Source of the DNA: Takakia lepidozioides
Lineage: Eukaryota; Plantae; Bryophyta
Direction of reading: 5' to 3'
Assembly: GCA_030704615.1 (NCBI GenBank)
Contig: CM060734.1
Coordinates: 49,724,001-49,788,000 of the forward strand
Length of the DNA: 64,000 nt
Positions 37,901 through 47,414 of this stretch are shown here, piece after piece. The translations under genes were made by a program, and so were the position numbers. The first letter of the stretch is position 1. Every line of letters begins with the position of its first letter. The notes beneath the pieces are model-generated. The model was not told the origin of the DNA. It saw nothing but the letters and a program-made list of their open reading frames with translations, and ran no database searches.

Positions 37901-40900
37901 CCTTTCTTGTGCATTAAGTATGCCAGAACTAAGGATTATTTGAGCAATGATTGGGCCAGACACTATGATAGGAGATTTTGCGGTAGTACCTTGTAATCTT
38001 TTCATCTCCTCTACCAGTGCGTTGTACATTATGTCCGCCCATGGTACCTCTTGTCCCTTCAAGCCTTTGAGGATTTCCTCTGTGAAGGATCTGCTCAAAT
38101 ATTGTTGGTTCTGTTTCAGGGCAATCAGAACGTTCAATACTTGGCCTATGTCTTTTAACCCTGGGTACACAGCTTTGGTACAAGCATAACCCTGAGTTTT
38201 AAAGAAACTCCCTTCTTGGAATAAATCCCCTATTTGCAGTCTTTCCCTGTGTTCCTCCACATACACATGACCTGCTGGCAATCGAAACAATTGCTGGAGG
38301 TATAGGGGAGTAATCATTAATTCAACTCCCTTCACCGTTGTTGTTCCTGTCTTTGGCTCAAAGTTCTGCAAAAATTGTAACATGTACTGTCTATGGTGTA
38401 GTGTCCAATCCATGCTTTGCAATCCTTCCAATCTCAGCTCCTTCAGTATCTTTATCGCCTGTGGGGTAGCCATCGTTTGTTTCTGCAGAATTGTGGTGCT
38501 CTTCACCCTGATTTCCTCCATTCCTCTCACTCTCTTCATCTTAGACTCACAGAACTGCTTTGGCTGTAACAACTGCAGGAATGCCTGTAGTGCACAAAGC
38601 AGAAACGTATGGTTGCCGCAGAAAGCTATGGGTAATCTCTTGTAAGCCTGCGGGGCTTGCAAGCATTGTTCAAGAGAAAAGCTCTGCTCTTTCGTTTCGT
38701 GTCTCTGCCATTGCGTAAGTAATATTGCGAGCGTATAGTCTGTTAGTTCCTCCATAGTTTCCAAGTTATAGCATTTATGGCCTGTCCTGTCGAGACGCCC
38801 GTTACTCAGAACGACGCCGCCTCTTGCGCTTAATTTCCCTCCATTTTCTTGATCATTTCTCTGGTTTTCTATTGGCTGTATCCGCTGTGACTGGATTTTA
38901 ACTTTTATCTTCTTTAGTGGACTTTCCCTGTTGGATAGTCCACTAGGATCACACATGCGACATGAATTCAGTTTTTCTGTACTTGCCGTTCGTTCTGTTT
39001 CCCTTTTTCCGTATTCATTAATGGGCCCGCCTTTCATCCCTTTTGACGGCCGTTCTTGTCCTCTTTCTTTTTGACACCTGTCCTTGCACTTCATTCTCTG
39101 CTGTGTGTCGCACCCTGACCTCCACGTGTCTATTTTTAAAGTAATTTCCGTTTCTTCTTCCTTCAGCCATTTTCCTGAAGTTTTTATGTGTCCACTTGTC
39201 ACTGATTCTATGGATCGTGTAACTTTAGTAGGCTGTGTTGAGCTGTGACAGGCTGTGTCATACTGTGTTACGCTGTGATAGGCTGTGTTGCACTGTGGTA
39301 AGCTGTGATAGGCTGTGACACGCTGCGGTAGGTTGTGATAGGCTGTGTCACGTCGTGACGGGCTGTGATAGGCTGTGTCACGCCGTGATGGGCTGTGATA
39401 GGCTGTGTCACGCCGTGATGGGCTGTGATAGGCTGTGTCACGTTTGTTTTGCCCACCCCGGTCATATATACTGGGCCTAGCGACAAGTGTTCCATACTCC
39501 GTTCGTAACACTGGTGCAGCCCGTGACTGCTCTTGCGGTTCAACATGCAAATCATGCTGCAGGGGTTTGTCATGGATACCACTGTACCCCTTCAACTTAT
39601 TTGCATTGACTCTTCCCAGCATTTCTTTGTTAATGGTTTGTAACATGGCTGTGTTGTTATCATACATCTTTTGTATGACATAAGGTCCTTTCCATGGTGA
39701 TTTAAGCTTAGAAGCTTGAATCTTTCCTTTCTTCTGCAACCATAGAACCAAATCCCCCGTCTTAAAAGTCTTTAACTTGCCTTCATCAAACTGTTCCTTT
39801 CGCTTCATCTGAATTCTGGTCATATTATCAGCTGCATCAGCACGTACTTCTTCCACATGGTATAATTCATGTTTCCTGACCTTGATGGAGTCTTGCAATT
39901 CCATTCTTTTTCCCCACTCCGTTCTCATGGTAGGTAACAGGAATTCCACTGGAAGTAAGGCTTCCATACCATAAACTAATTGGAATGGTGTATACTTAGT
40001 GGTGACTTTATATGAAGTCCTGTATGACCACAAAGCTGTCAGCAGCTTTGTATCCCAATCCGTTCTGTTTGCATTGACTATCTTAGCCAAGATAGTACAT
40101 AGTATTTTGTTGGTAGCCTCTGCCTGTCCATTACCCTGTGGGTAATATGTTGTACTCTTTCTATGCACAATCATAAACTCTTTAGTCAATAACTCAATGG
40201 TCTCATTCATGAAGTGACTTCCTTGATCACTGATAAATTCTAAGGGACATCCAAATCGTGTAAGTATGTTCTCGTACAGGAACCTTGCTGTGGACTTGGC
40301 TGTGTTGTCCCTCAAAGCTTTAGCTTCCACCCACTTTGTAGTATAATCAGTGGCTGTAATTATGTACCTGTTTTGTGTATTCTTGGATGGTGGATTAATT
40401 GGTCCAACAAAGTCTAGTCCCCATTTCTGAAATGGTTCCGTAGGCATTGTAGGATGCAAGGCCATTCTTCCAGATCTCTGCAAAGGTCCTAGCCTCTGAC
40501 ATTCATCACACTTCTGACAATACTCATGTACATCTTTGAACAAAGTAGGCCACCAGTATCCTGCGAGTAGTATCTTTCTACTGGTAGTCTCTTCTCCAAA
40601 ATGACCTCCAGCCACTCCTTTATGAACTTCCTCCAAGACTTTATTTACTTCATGGTGGTACAAGCATCGTTTTAGTACTCCATCAGGTCCTAACTTATAC
40701 ATTCTGCTTCCTACCATAGTATAAGGTAAAGCTTTGATAGCGATTCTCTTCCTCTGCTCCTTACCATAACTAGGTGGGCACTGACCATGAGCAAGGTAGT
40801 ATCTGATTGGCCACTGCCAATCTAACCATTCATCTGCACTTCCTTGCACCTCCATTACAAATAAACTCGCATCAGGTAACTGATCGTCCACTCCTGTGGC

Positions 40901-43900
40901 GGCCTCTCCTGTTGTTAGTCGTGACAAATGATCTGCCACAAGATGCAAACGGCCAGGCTTGTAAATAACCTCGAACTCAAACTCATGCAAGATTATTAAC
41001 CACCTCGCTATCCTTCCACTTATCAAAGGTTTGTTCACCAGATATATCAGAGCCTGGTGATCCACATAAAACATAAACTTTCTTCCCAATAGGTAATGCC
41101 TGAATTTCTTCACTGCATAGATCATTGCCAATGCTTCTCTTTCCGTTGTGCTATAGTTCCTCTCAGCACTGTTCATCAACCGGCTAGCATAGTACACAGG
41201 TGAATCTATATTCCCTGTAACATTCTGGGCTAACACCGCTCCCAACGCTTCTCCTGATGCATCGCAGTGAACATGAAATACTACATGCCAGTGAGGGTTA
41301 ATCAGCACAGGTGTAGTTGTTACTGACAGTGTAAGTTCCTCAAACGCCTGTTGACATTCAGCTGTCCATGCAAACACTGCATCTTTCTTCAGAAGCTTGC
41401 TCAATGGTGCTGCTATTTGTGCATACCTTTTGACAAATCTTCTGTAATAACTGGTTTGCCCAAGGAATCTCCTTAAACTCTTAACATTCACTGGTGGTGG
41501 AGAGGCTTTAATGGACTCTGTCTTCCTGGGATCCACAAGGAGTCCCTTCTTACACACAATGTGTCCCAGAAGCACCCCTGAGTTCACACAGAAAGTACAC
41601 TTCTCTGGATTCAAGCCCAGACCTCTCATCCTGCATCTGGCCAGGCATAACTCCAATTTATGCAAGTGCTCATTCTTAGAGCTGTACACACTGAAATCAT
41701 CCAAAAACACCTGCATGAAATCATCCAGATACTCTTGAAAAGATTCACTTATCACTCTCTGAAAGGTCGCTGGTGCATTACAAAGTCCAAAGGGCATGAC
41801 TTTGTATGCATAAGCCCCCCAGTCTGTGATGAAAGCTGTTTTCCCTTGGTCTTCTTCTGCCACTTGCACTTGATTATAACCACTGAAGCCATCCATGAAT
41901 GAGTACATCTCATGGCCTGCCACAGTGTCTAATACTGCTTCTGTGAATGGCAAAGGGAAAGGATCTTTCTTCGTACAAGCATTCAGCTTCTTATAGTTCA
42001 CACATACTCTTAGTTTGCCATTCTTCTTGGGAACTATAACAATGGGTGACAACCAAGTTGTATACTCTATTGGGTATATAAACTTAGCCTCAGCCAACTT
42101 CTTTATCTCTTCTCCAACCTTCTGTGCGTAGTTGGGATTCATTCTATACCTCGCCTGCTTGATTGGTACTGACCCTGGTTCCAGTTCAATTTTATGCTGA
42201 CAGACTTCAGGTGGTATCCCTTTTAGATCCTCATAGCTCCAAGCAAATACATCTCTGTATTTGATGAACAAGCTTTTAGCTTCTTCGAAGAATTCCGGCT
42301 CCAAATCAGCTCCTACTTTCACCATCCTCGGTTCCTCCTGAGTTCCCACATTTACTTCTCTCACCTGCTCATCAGCTGTGATTGTCCAACCAGTCACCAC
42401 TTCATCCTGTAAGCTCACAGTGGCTGGTTCTTCTAGGATTTCTATTTCTCCTTCTCTTTCTTCATAGAAATGTGATGGGTAAATGCTGGTTTCTTCTTCA
42501 GTTGGTGTTGCTGTCACTACACCACAGCAGATACCTCTCAAACAACTTAGGCTTTCCAGCCGCATCTCTGCAACCTGCTCCCACTCTGGGTGTGCAGCAA
42601 ATAGGGTAGCTTCCTGCTCCTCATCCAGTCCTCCTCTCCAGTCATACTCTCTGACTCCTCGAGGTCTTCTTGTAGCAGGTAATCTACTAGATTTCTTTGT
42701 GGTAATTTGTATCTCGTGCATCCCATTATGCACAGTTAGTAACTGAGAATTCCAGTCATGGAATACCCTGGCCTGTTTCAGCCACGGACGTCCCAATAAT
42801 AAGGAGTAAGCCTCCATGACTTCATCCATTTTTAATACAGTTACTGTGATCATAAAGATCATTTTCTGTATCTGTATCTTAACTCCTCTTATTAATCCCA
42901 ATGGCTGTACACTTCTTTGATCTGCCATTGTTACTGTAAATGGGGCTGGTTTCATGTTACTTAGACCAAGCTTCTTCCTTAATTGGTCTGTCATGATATT
43001 TACTCCAGAACCACCATCTATCAGTACATCAGTTAGTTCTGTGCTTCCAATTCTCAATTGGATTACTGGCATAGAATCATCAAAGTCCATGACTGGTTCT
43101 CGCCCTTCCGGCTTCACATTATAACTGGTCACCTTGCTGTTCAGGTCTGTGTTTCCTGTCTCTTGGGCAATTCGATTGATTGCCTGATACAGCCTGTGCC
43201 TACAATAAGGTGCCACAGCTAATAGCTGTCCAATGGTAATTTCTGCTTTGGTCTGACATATTACTTCAGCCAAAGTCTCTTCATTACTTTGCATGTCTGC
43301 ATCTTCTTTTTTCCTTTCTTCCTCACTCCCCTCTTTTTCTCCATCCGAATCAGAGGAATCTGCCACAGGAATATCAGTACTCTTTTGCATTTCCCTTATA
43401 GTATCTGCCACTTCCTTGTGCAGTTCCTTCTCATCTTTCCAAGTCTCTTCATCTTCAGGCATATCATTGCCACTTCCAGTCTCATCTTCTTCCTCTTCTA
43501 CTGGAGGTATTAGTTTGGCTTTACTTCTTGTTACTATCATTGTACTTACTTCTGGTACAACACATGGCCTAACCATGTGAGCTGCCACCACTGGGCCCTC
43601 ATTCACAGGAGCTCTCATCTCATTCTGGTGTCTTATCCAGAATGAACAGGCTGCCTTGCGATGTCCTGGCTGATTACAATAGTAACATAGCTCTTCACCA
43701 TTGGGTCCTCGCCCTTGGTCTGGTCTTGGATTATTTCTATAATCCTGATTCCCGGGCTGGTAATTCCCCCTTGGATTACCCTGATAGTTGCCTCTGGAAT
43801 TTCCTTGGTAATTCCCTCTTGAATTACCTCTCCCTTCCATGCCATTGTTATAACCACCAGACCTACCATAGTGGTCCTGATCATTGCTTCTTCTTGGCTG

Positions 43901-45583
43901 GGGCTGCACCTGATGCACCCTCACTTGCCTAGGTTCTCTTGCAGCTGTCCTTCTGTTGTAGTAACAATTCTCAGTAGAATGGTTATCCATTTTACAGATA
44001 GTACAGTGTTTCTCCTTCATGTGGCATTCTGTAGTGGTATGGCCTTCATTCTGGCACTTTGCACACCATACACCCTTCCTCCAATGTGTTGCAGCCTCTG
44101 TGGCATACTTCTTCAAGATTTCTTCCAATCTTTTCTCATAGTTATCCCTCTTCAACTTTTCCTTTCTCTTACTCTTTCTTTTTAGTTCTTGCTCTTCTTC
44201 TTCATCTGACTCATCTTCAGAGTCCTCATCTTCCTTTTTCTCTCTCCTGAGCATTCCCAATTGCTCAATTCTGTTTGCAGTTTCAAATGCCTCCTCCACT
44301 GTATTATGGGGTAACATATCCACTTTCTTCTGCAACTCTGGTCTTAGTCCACTCACAAACCAAGTCTTCTGTAAACCGGGTGCTGGTACTGCAGCCAGCT
44401 TTTTCATCATCAATTCCATCTTCTCCATATACTCTTCAACAGTTTCATGCTTCTTCTGCTTCAGCTGTTGTAAACTTCCATACACTTCATCCTCAGTTTT
44501 ACTTGTCCTGAACCTATTTCGAAATGCTGTATTCAAGCCATTCCAGGTTAGGAAATGATTATCAGGGAATCTTGCATACCATTCACTTGCTTTCTTGATA
44601 AGTGAACAAGGAAACAGTCTCATCTTGGCATCATCGCCATTCTCATTGTTCACTATACACATGTGCTCAAATTGGCTAATGTGTACATCGGGATCCCCTT
44701 TTCCTGAATATATTGGAAAGGGTGGTTTTGCCCGTGTTGGTTGTAACGCCATCTGTGGCCCTACCTTCTGCCCACTGACAGGTGCTGGCACCCTTGCTGG
44801 TGCTGGTCCTTCTGGACCTGTTGTTTTTGTGGTGGATCTTCCACCAAGTGGTGGCCCTTGAGCACTCCCTGCTTCTGGCCCCACGATATTCACAGTATTC
44901 CCAGCTTCAGTTGCACTACTTCCCACACTCCCTGTCCCCCCAGAGCCAGATCCAGGCAGCCCGCCTGATCCCCCTGAGCCGACACCTTCGTTGGCCTGTG
45001 ATCCAAGTGCTCCACTTGATCCAGGTCCAACGGGTTGGGATGTCCTGGTTGTAGTCTCAACCTCAGCTGTTGGGTCTACTTCTTCATATTCTTCCTCTTC
45101 CAATTTCTTCTCTCTGTTTTCATCCTCCAAGTTCTGCCCTTGGGTTTCTTCTTCACTCATGTAACTCAACTGTAATGGTGTTGGAGAGTCTGAACTCTCC
45201 GTTGGCTCTGCCACATCCTCATCTCCTTCTTCATCTTCTGCTTCAGAAACTGGAGTTCCTGCTTTTGGTGTTCCATGCCAACTCTTATCAAAGATTTCTG
45301 TCAAGTCTTTTATCCAAGGATGTACCTCAGATCTTTCACCTCGTGATTGATCTTCTTCCTGTACCAATTCCCTTAATCTTTCTTGCAAAGAAACAGAAGG
45401 AGTGGCATCCAACTCTAGTTCTTCCGGTATAGGTGATGCACTTTTTGATCTTGATGGTGTGAGAGGTCCAGATGATTCCCCTATGTCTATTCCTCTCTCC
45501 CAAAGATATGGATAATTAGCTTTCAGATAGCTTTCTCTTTTTGATGAATATCTTTGTCGTCTAGCTTCTCTTTCATCACTCAT
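34991..45583 (-). CDS. Gag-Pol polyprotein with a ~1530-aa C-terminal extension (3530 aa)
   Basis: Gag (YSGKGDPDVHI, three CCHC knuckles), protease (LIDGGSG), RT (FMDGFSGYNQ, FLDD), RNase H (CDASG, EREALA) and integrase (HHCC, WGLDFVGP, SDQG, GQAEATNK, WKGPY). The extension follows with no stop. Confidence 0.95.
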   Translation of the reverse strand: MSDEREARRQRYSSKRESYLKANYPYLWERGIDIGESSGPLTPSRSKSASPIPEELELDATPSVSLQERLRELVQEEDQSRGERSEVHPWIKDLTEIFDKSWHGTPKAGTPVSEAEDEEGDEDVAEPTESSDSPTPLQLSYMSEEETQGQNLEDENREKKLEEEEYEEVDPTAEVETTTRTSQPVGPGSSGALGSQANEGVGSGGSGGLPGSGSGGTGSVGSSATEAGNTVNIVGPEAGSAQGPPLGGRSTTKTTGPEGPAPARVPAPVSGQKVGPQMALQPTRAKPPFPIYSGKGDPDVHISQFEHMCIVNNENGDDAKMRLFPCSLIKKASEWYARFPDNHFLTWNGLNTAFRNRFRTSKTEDEVYGSLQQLKQKKHETVEEYMEKMELMMKKLAAVPAPGLQKTWFVSGLRPELQKKVDMLPHNTVEEAFETANRIEQLGMLRREKKEDEDSEDESDEEEEQELKRKSKRKEKLKRDNYEKRLEEILKKYATEAATHWRKGVWCAKCQNEGHTTTECHMKEKHCTICKMDNHSTENCYYNRRTAAREPRQVRVHQVQPQPRRSNDQDHYGRSGGYNNGMEGRGNSRGNYQGNSRGNYQGNPRGNYQPGNQDYRNNPRPDQGRGPNGEELCYYCNQPGHRKAACSFWIRHQNEMRAPVNEGPVVAAHMVRPCVVPEVSTMIVTRSKAKLIPPVEEEEDETGSGNDMPEDEETWKDEKELHKEVADTIREMQKSTDIPVADSSDSDGEKEGSEEERKKEDADMQSNEETLAEVICQTKAEITIGQLLAVAPYCRHRLYQAINRIAQETGNTDLNSKVTSYNVKPEGREPVMDFDDSMPVIQLRIGSTELTDVLIDGGSGVNIMTDQLRKKLGLSNMKPAPFTVTMADQRSVQPLGLIRGVKIQIQKMIFMITVTVLKMDEVMEAYSLLLGRPWLKQARVFHDWNSQLLTVHNGMHEIQITTKKSSRLPATRRPRGVREYDWRGGLDEEQEATLFAAHPEWEQVAEMRLESLSCLRGICCGVVTATPTEEETSIYPSHFYEEREGEIEILEEPATVSLQDEVVTGWTITADEQVREVNVGTQEEPRMVKVGADLEPEFFEEAKSLFIKYRDVFAWSYEDLKGIPPEVCQHKIELEPGSVPIKQARYRMNPNYAQKVGEEIKKLAEAKFIYPIEYTTWLSPIVIVPKKNGKLRVCVNYKKLNACTKKDPFPLPFTEAVLDTVAGHEMYSFMDGFSGYNQVQVAEEDQGKTAFITDWGAYAYKVMPFGLCNAPATFQRVISESFQEYLDDFMQVFLDDFSVYSSKNEHLHKLELCLARCRMRGLGLNPEKCTFCVNSGVLLGHIVCKKGLLVDPRKTESIKASPPPVNVKSLRRFLGQTSYYRRFVKRYAQIAAPLSKLLKKDAVFAWTAECQQAFEELTLSVTTTPVLINPHWHVVFHVHCDASGEALGAVLAQNVTGNIDSPVYYASRLMNSAERNYSTTEREALAMIYAVKKFRHYLLGRKFMFYVDHQALIYLVNKPLISGRIARWLIILHEFEFEVIYKPGRLHLVADHLSRLTTGEAATGVDDQLPDASLFVMEVQGSADEWLDWQWPIRYYLAHGQCPPSYGKEQRKRIAIKALPYTMVGSRMYKLGPDGVLKRCLYHHEVNKVLEEVHKGVAGGHFGEETTSRKILLAGYWWPTLFKDVHEYCQKCDECQRLGPLQRSGRMALHPTMPTEPFQKWGLDFVGPINPPSKNTQNRYIITATDYTTKWVEAKALRDNTAKSTARFLYENILTRFGCPLEFISDQGSHFMNETIELLTKEFMIVHRKSTTYYPQGNGQAEATNKILCTILAKIVNANRTDWDTKLLTALWSYRTSYKVTTKYTPFQLVYGMEALLPVEFLLPTMRTEWGKRMELQDSIKVRKHELYHVEEVRADAADNMTRIQMKRKEQFDEGKLKTFKTGDLVLWLQKKGKIQASKLKSPWKGPYVIQKMYDNNTAMLQTINKEMLGRVNANKLKGYSGIHDKPLQHDLHVEPQEQSRAAPVLRTEYGTLVARPSIYDRGGQNKRDTAYHSPSRRDTAYHSPSRRDTAYHSPSRRDTAYHNLPQRVTAYHSLPQCNTAYHSVTQYDTACHSSTQPTKVTRSIESVTSGHIKTSGKWLKEEETEITLKIDTWRSGCDTQQRMKCKDRCQKERGQERPSKGMKGGPINEYGKRETERTASTEKLNSCRMCDPSGLSNRESPLKKIKVKIQSQRIQPIENQRNDQENGGKLSARGGVVLSNGRLDRTGHKCYNLETMEELTDYTLAILLTQWQRHETKEQSFSLEQCLQAPQAYKRLPIAFCGNHTFLLCALQAFLQLLQPKQFCESKMKRVRGMEEIRVKSTTILQKQTMATPQAIKILKELRLEGLQSMDWTLHHRQYMLQFLQNFEPKTGTTTVKGVELMITPLYLQQLFRLPAGHVYVEEHRERLQIGDLFQEGSFFKTQGYACTKAVYPGLKDIGQVLNVLIALKQNQQYLSRSFTEEILKGLKGQEVPWADIMYNALVEEMKRLQGTTAKSPIIVSGPIIAQIILSSGILNAQERKEMGVFEPETTAMEEQGSSHSEGGLAAQPETKRQRRGKTVVADPLASRIPHDNVSQAHDQEGAQQHKRMLLLEAGPSEREEEVTSASQPTQPLERLVTRSQVIHAAQPEIIDLESEGIDIPTTEQIVAEIEKGDLLYEYSGLVKQTEIPEVQQLPKRNPEVHIMHTPVSEVPQAEGHDTVAPVINEVVQEENPVGQWSEWLVRHHTVEDREEQQQPHHDDPQQAMLMSSIGRTLNLLGTYVKTHVPITQLTALKEELRKEFEARLATECANKVDEEVTLKMKQDLANTEMALQLAKQQLIEAGLAQDQLHEAHKQQLYQMQVQHESKLQELNALHTELQTVHNRMAIQCATFTTMLDQSTKEINSQAEKCTKAEEENVEHMKLIVDMKNTICRNEDTFKQYRQMEAEQEKYIVELQQTIVANRNEIAVSNKASKEANNLLAAYAQLVEPQAKRMKALQQQLELYKLREEQTLRGTTSSLVDNSLMQVWLAQGPVEGKAPRKLTQSEMNELRLQVQNIATTTIDNVYSRIAELQEDVDGLQTQVEDLTSNIDQRVYIPQEQLMASYLQARTLAFQSSQEVQEMPMVQEPVPPPPQQVSVPVAEPVVTTTTPQPPQPEVWGNAAFNPPKTPAAREYSRAMIMPFNQIPIMLDLAWKEFSPPQSFAHYYQIMRIWLPVATRTKVLPNNRHIEDHHFAQYWHEAGTMLRELVAFQVVHGLIYTKTKEIASIVMGCGLYYAACFLIRYHIEQQKMQARFQSSSGDHWVLPSVPPHMYLYDPKVMIQKDSQIRSWFQAACNNLSTQKFGLDDIFYKGHIAWKYLHAAPVIGTPLIWTDKELSVYTNFAVQRLHQVVKCKLPDMVGQHCMPQMIPQKVRKLKHLRGDEDSDTTVSSQNSFDMGEDYAIQMEEKKQRGSPMPERLPRYQPPEGLTYPGSDQPSPSTRDRPRARTHSPPRNSQRQQGAHSQRVATQKQ

Positions 45584-45604
45584 GTCCCATGTCTTTCATT
45601 TCTT

Positions 45605-46300
45605 TTAATGTGGCAATAACCAAAACTCTCTTCTGTAATATCTCTCGTATATGCCTGGATTTCTTTCAAGCTTCAATGCACCCTTGGCTATACTTGAAGT
45701 CTCCGTTACCATATAACCATATGGCAAACAAGTCTGAAAAGCTGTTCTTGGTGTGAGTTTGATCCACAAAATATCCTTTGGAATCCAATTCTTTACCAGT
45801 ACAAGCTCTTCATGCATATGAGTATAAACATTCACCTTTCTTTCTTCCCAGCCTTCAAACTCTACTCGTTTAATGGATAGCAACGCTATCACATAAACTA
45901 ATGTTGGTAACCAACGTGCTCTTCCTCTACAGGCTACCTGATAAATCTTTATCACTCCTTTCTCCAGACCCCATTCTGGATCAGCATCATGCACTCGTTT
46001 AAGAATATTTTCTTTACATCCGTCTGGCAATTCCAAGAACCTTTGAAAGAATTGTTTGGACAATCTTTCTTCCTTCGTTCCACAGGGAATTTGATTCACT
46101 TCAAATTCTTTAATGGTCCAACCACCATGATCCCACCAGATGCCTGTCACATCTGGTTGTTCATGTCCCAGGTCCCCAGTATGGTCGCCAAATGTCGCGC
46201 GGCTTTTACTCACCCATCCCTTCGCTATCCGAGGCGGAAACTCCAAGATAGAAGAGTTGGAAATCTCTAAGTACTCAGCCCGCGCAGAACAATCAGTCAT
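45605..46300 (-). CDS. Extra 231-aa ORF upstream of gag, unknown function
   Basis: ATG lies inside the 5-prime LTR; the frame stays open through the PBS and stops 21 nt before the gag ATG. No recognisable domain. Confidence 0.45.
   Translation of the reverse strand: MTDCSARAEYLEISNSSILEFPPRIAKGWVSKSRATFGDHTGDLGHEQPDVTGIWWDHGGWTIKEFEVNQIPCGTKEERLSKQFFQRFLELPDGCKENILKRVHDADPEWGLEKGVIKIYQVACRGRARWLPTLVYVIALLSIKRVEFEGWEERKVNVYTHMHEELVLVKNWIPKDILWIKLTPRTAFQTCLPYGYMVTETSSIAKGALKLERNPGIYERYYRREFWLLPH
46172..46190 (-). other. Primer binding site (probably tRNA-Arg)
   Basis: TGGCGACCATACTGGGGAC lies 2 nt after the 5-prime LTR and resembles the TGGCGAC...CTGGGGA PBS of Tat/Ogre-type elements. Confidence 0.8.
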
Positions 46301-47261
46301 GACCTACAGCTAGTGTATCATGGGGGTGTTTCCTATTTGTTTCCTTTTCCGCATTCATCTTAGCTACCTTACCATTGATAATTAAGTATCAGTTTGCTTC
46401 ATCAATTTATCGGTTTCCTTCACTCCTCCATTCAATCCACAGCTTCACTCAGATCTCTCTACACAGTGTGATTGTATCGTATAAGTATCAGATTATGATT
46501 TATCAGGTATCAGGCCGAAGCCATTGTGTCTCTATTCTCCTCTACAATATCCCTACAGCTTTGCATATAACAAGCATCTACTAATCCTCTTTCCTCCTTC
46601 ATCGTGCTCACCGACTTCCGCTCCCGTCTCACTCCGAAATCCTCCTTCCCATCATAATAATCCTCCTTCATCATTCCCCGTTCTTCCCTTTATCCTCCTA
46701 TCCGCGGTTCTAACCGTTTCCCTCTCTAACCGTCGTATGTGAATTAACATGTTCCCTTCACAGGTGTTGTTCCCCACAGTCGTTCCCTGTCCTACTCTTC
46801 GTTCCCTATTATCGTGACAGCTGTGTCAAGCGGTGACTGGCTGTGTTTGGCTGTGTCGGGCTGTGACTGGCTGTGTGGGCTGTGTGGGCTGTGACGACTG
46901 TGACGGGCTGTGTGGGCTGTGACGGCTGTGTGGGCTGTGTGGGCTGTGACGACTGTGACGGGCTGTGTGGGCTGTGACGGCTGTGTGGGCTGTGTGGGCT
47001 GTGACGACTGTGTGGGTTGTGACGACTGTGACGGCTGTGTTGGCTGTGTGGGCTGTGACGACTGTGTGGGTTGTGACGACTGTGACGGCTGTGTTGGCTG
47101 TGTGGGCTGTGACTGCTGTGTCGGCTGTGTGGGCTATGTAACCCCTCTCTACAGTGCGCTGCTGTCACCCCTAAGGTTCATGTTTGTCTCAGTCTGTGCA
47201 AAAATTAAGGGTACCCTACAGATCCCGTATAAGTGTCTAAGTCCCCTACCGTCCTCTAACA
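46193..47261 (-). repeat. 5-prime LTR (1069 bp)
   Basis: Near-identical to 33867-34953. Confidence 0.95.
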
Positions 47262-47414
47262 GGAGTGAGTGAGGAGTGGAAGGAGCGACGTATGGTTTTG
47301 ACCATTCACACCCAAATGAGGGAGAGGCTGCATAAAGGGAAAGGCATAAGGGTGTTGTATTATGTGTGCTAATGGGATGATTACATGTGGGGGGCATGGG
47401 GTATTTCATCCTAG

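Larger units (their letters stand above)
33867..47261 (-). mobile_element. Full-length Ty3/gypsy LTR retrotransposon (non-chromovirus, Athila/Tat-like group), 13,395 bp
   Basis: TG...CA LTRs at both ends, perfect 5-bp TSD GGAGT (33862-33866 and 47262-47266), PBS, PPT and an intact polyprotein. Inserted in the Tnp2 intron (33735-47414). Confidence 0.97.

Noticed and set aside
35200-45432. Many short + strand ORFs inside the gypsy element
   Set aside because: Antisense shadows of the polyprotein.
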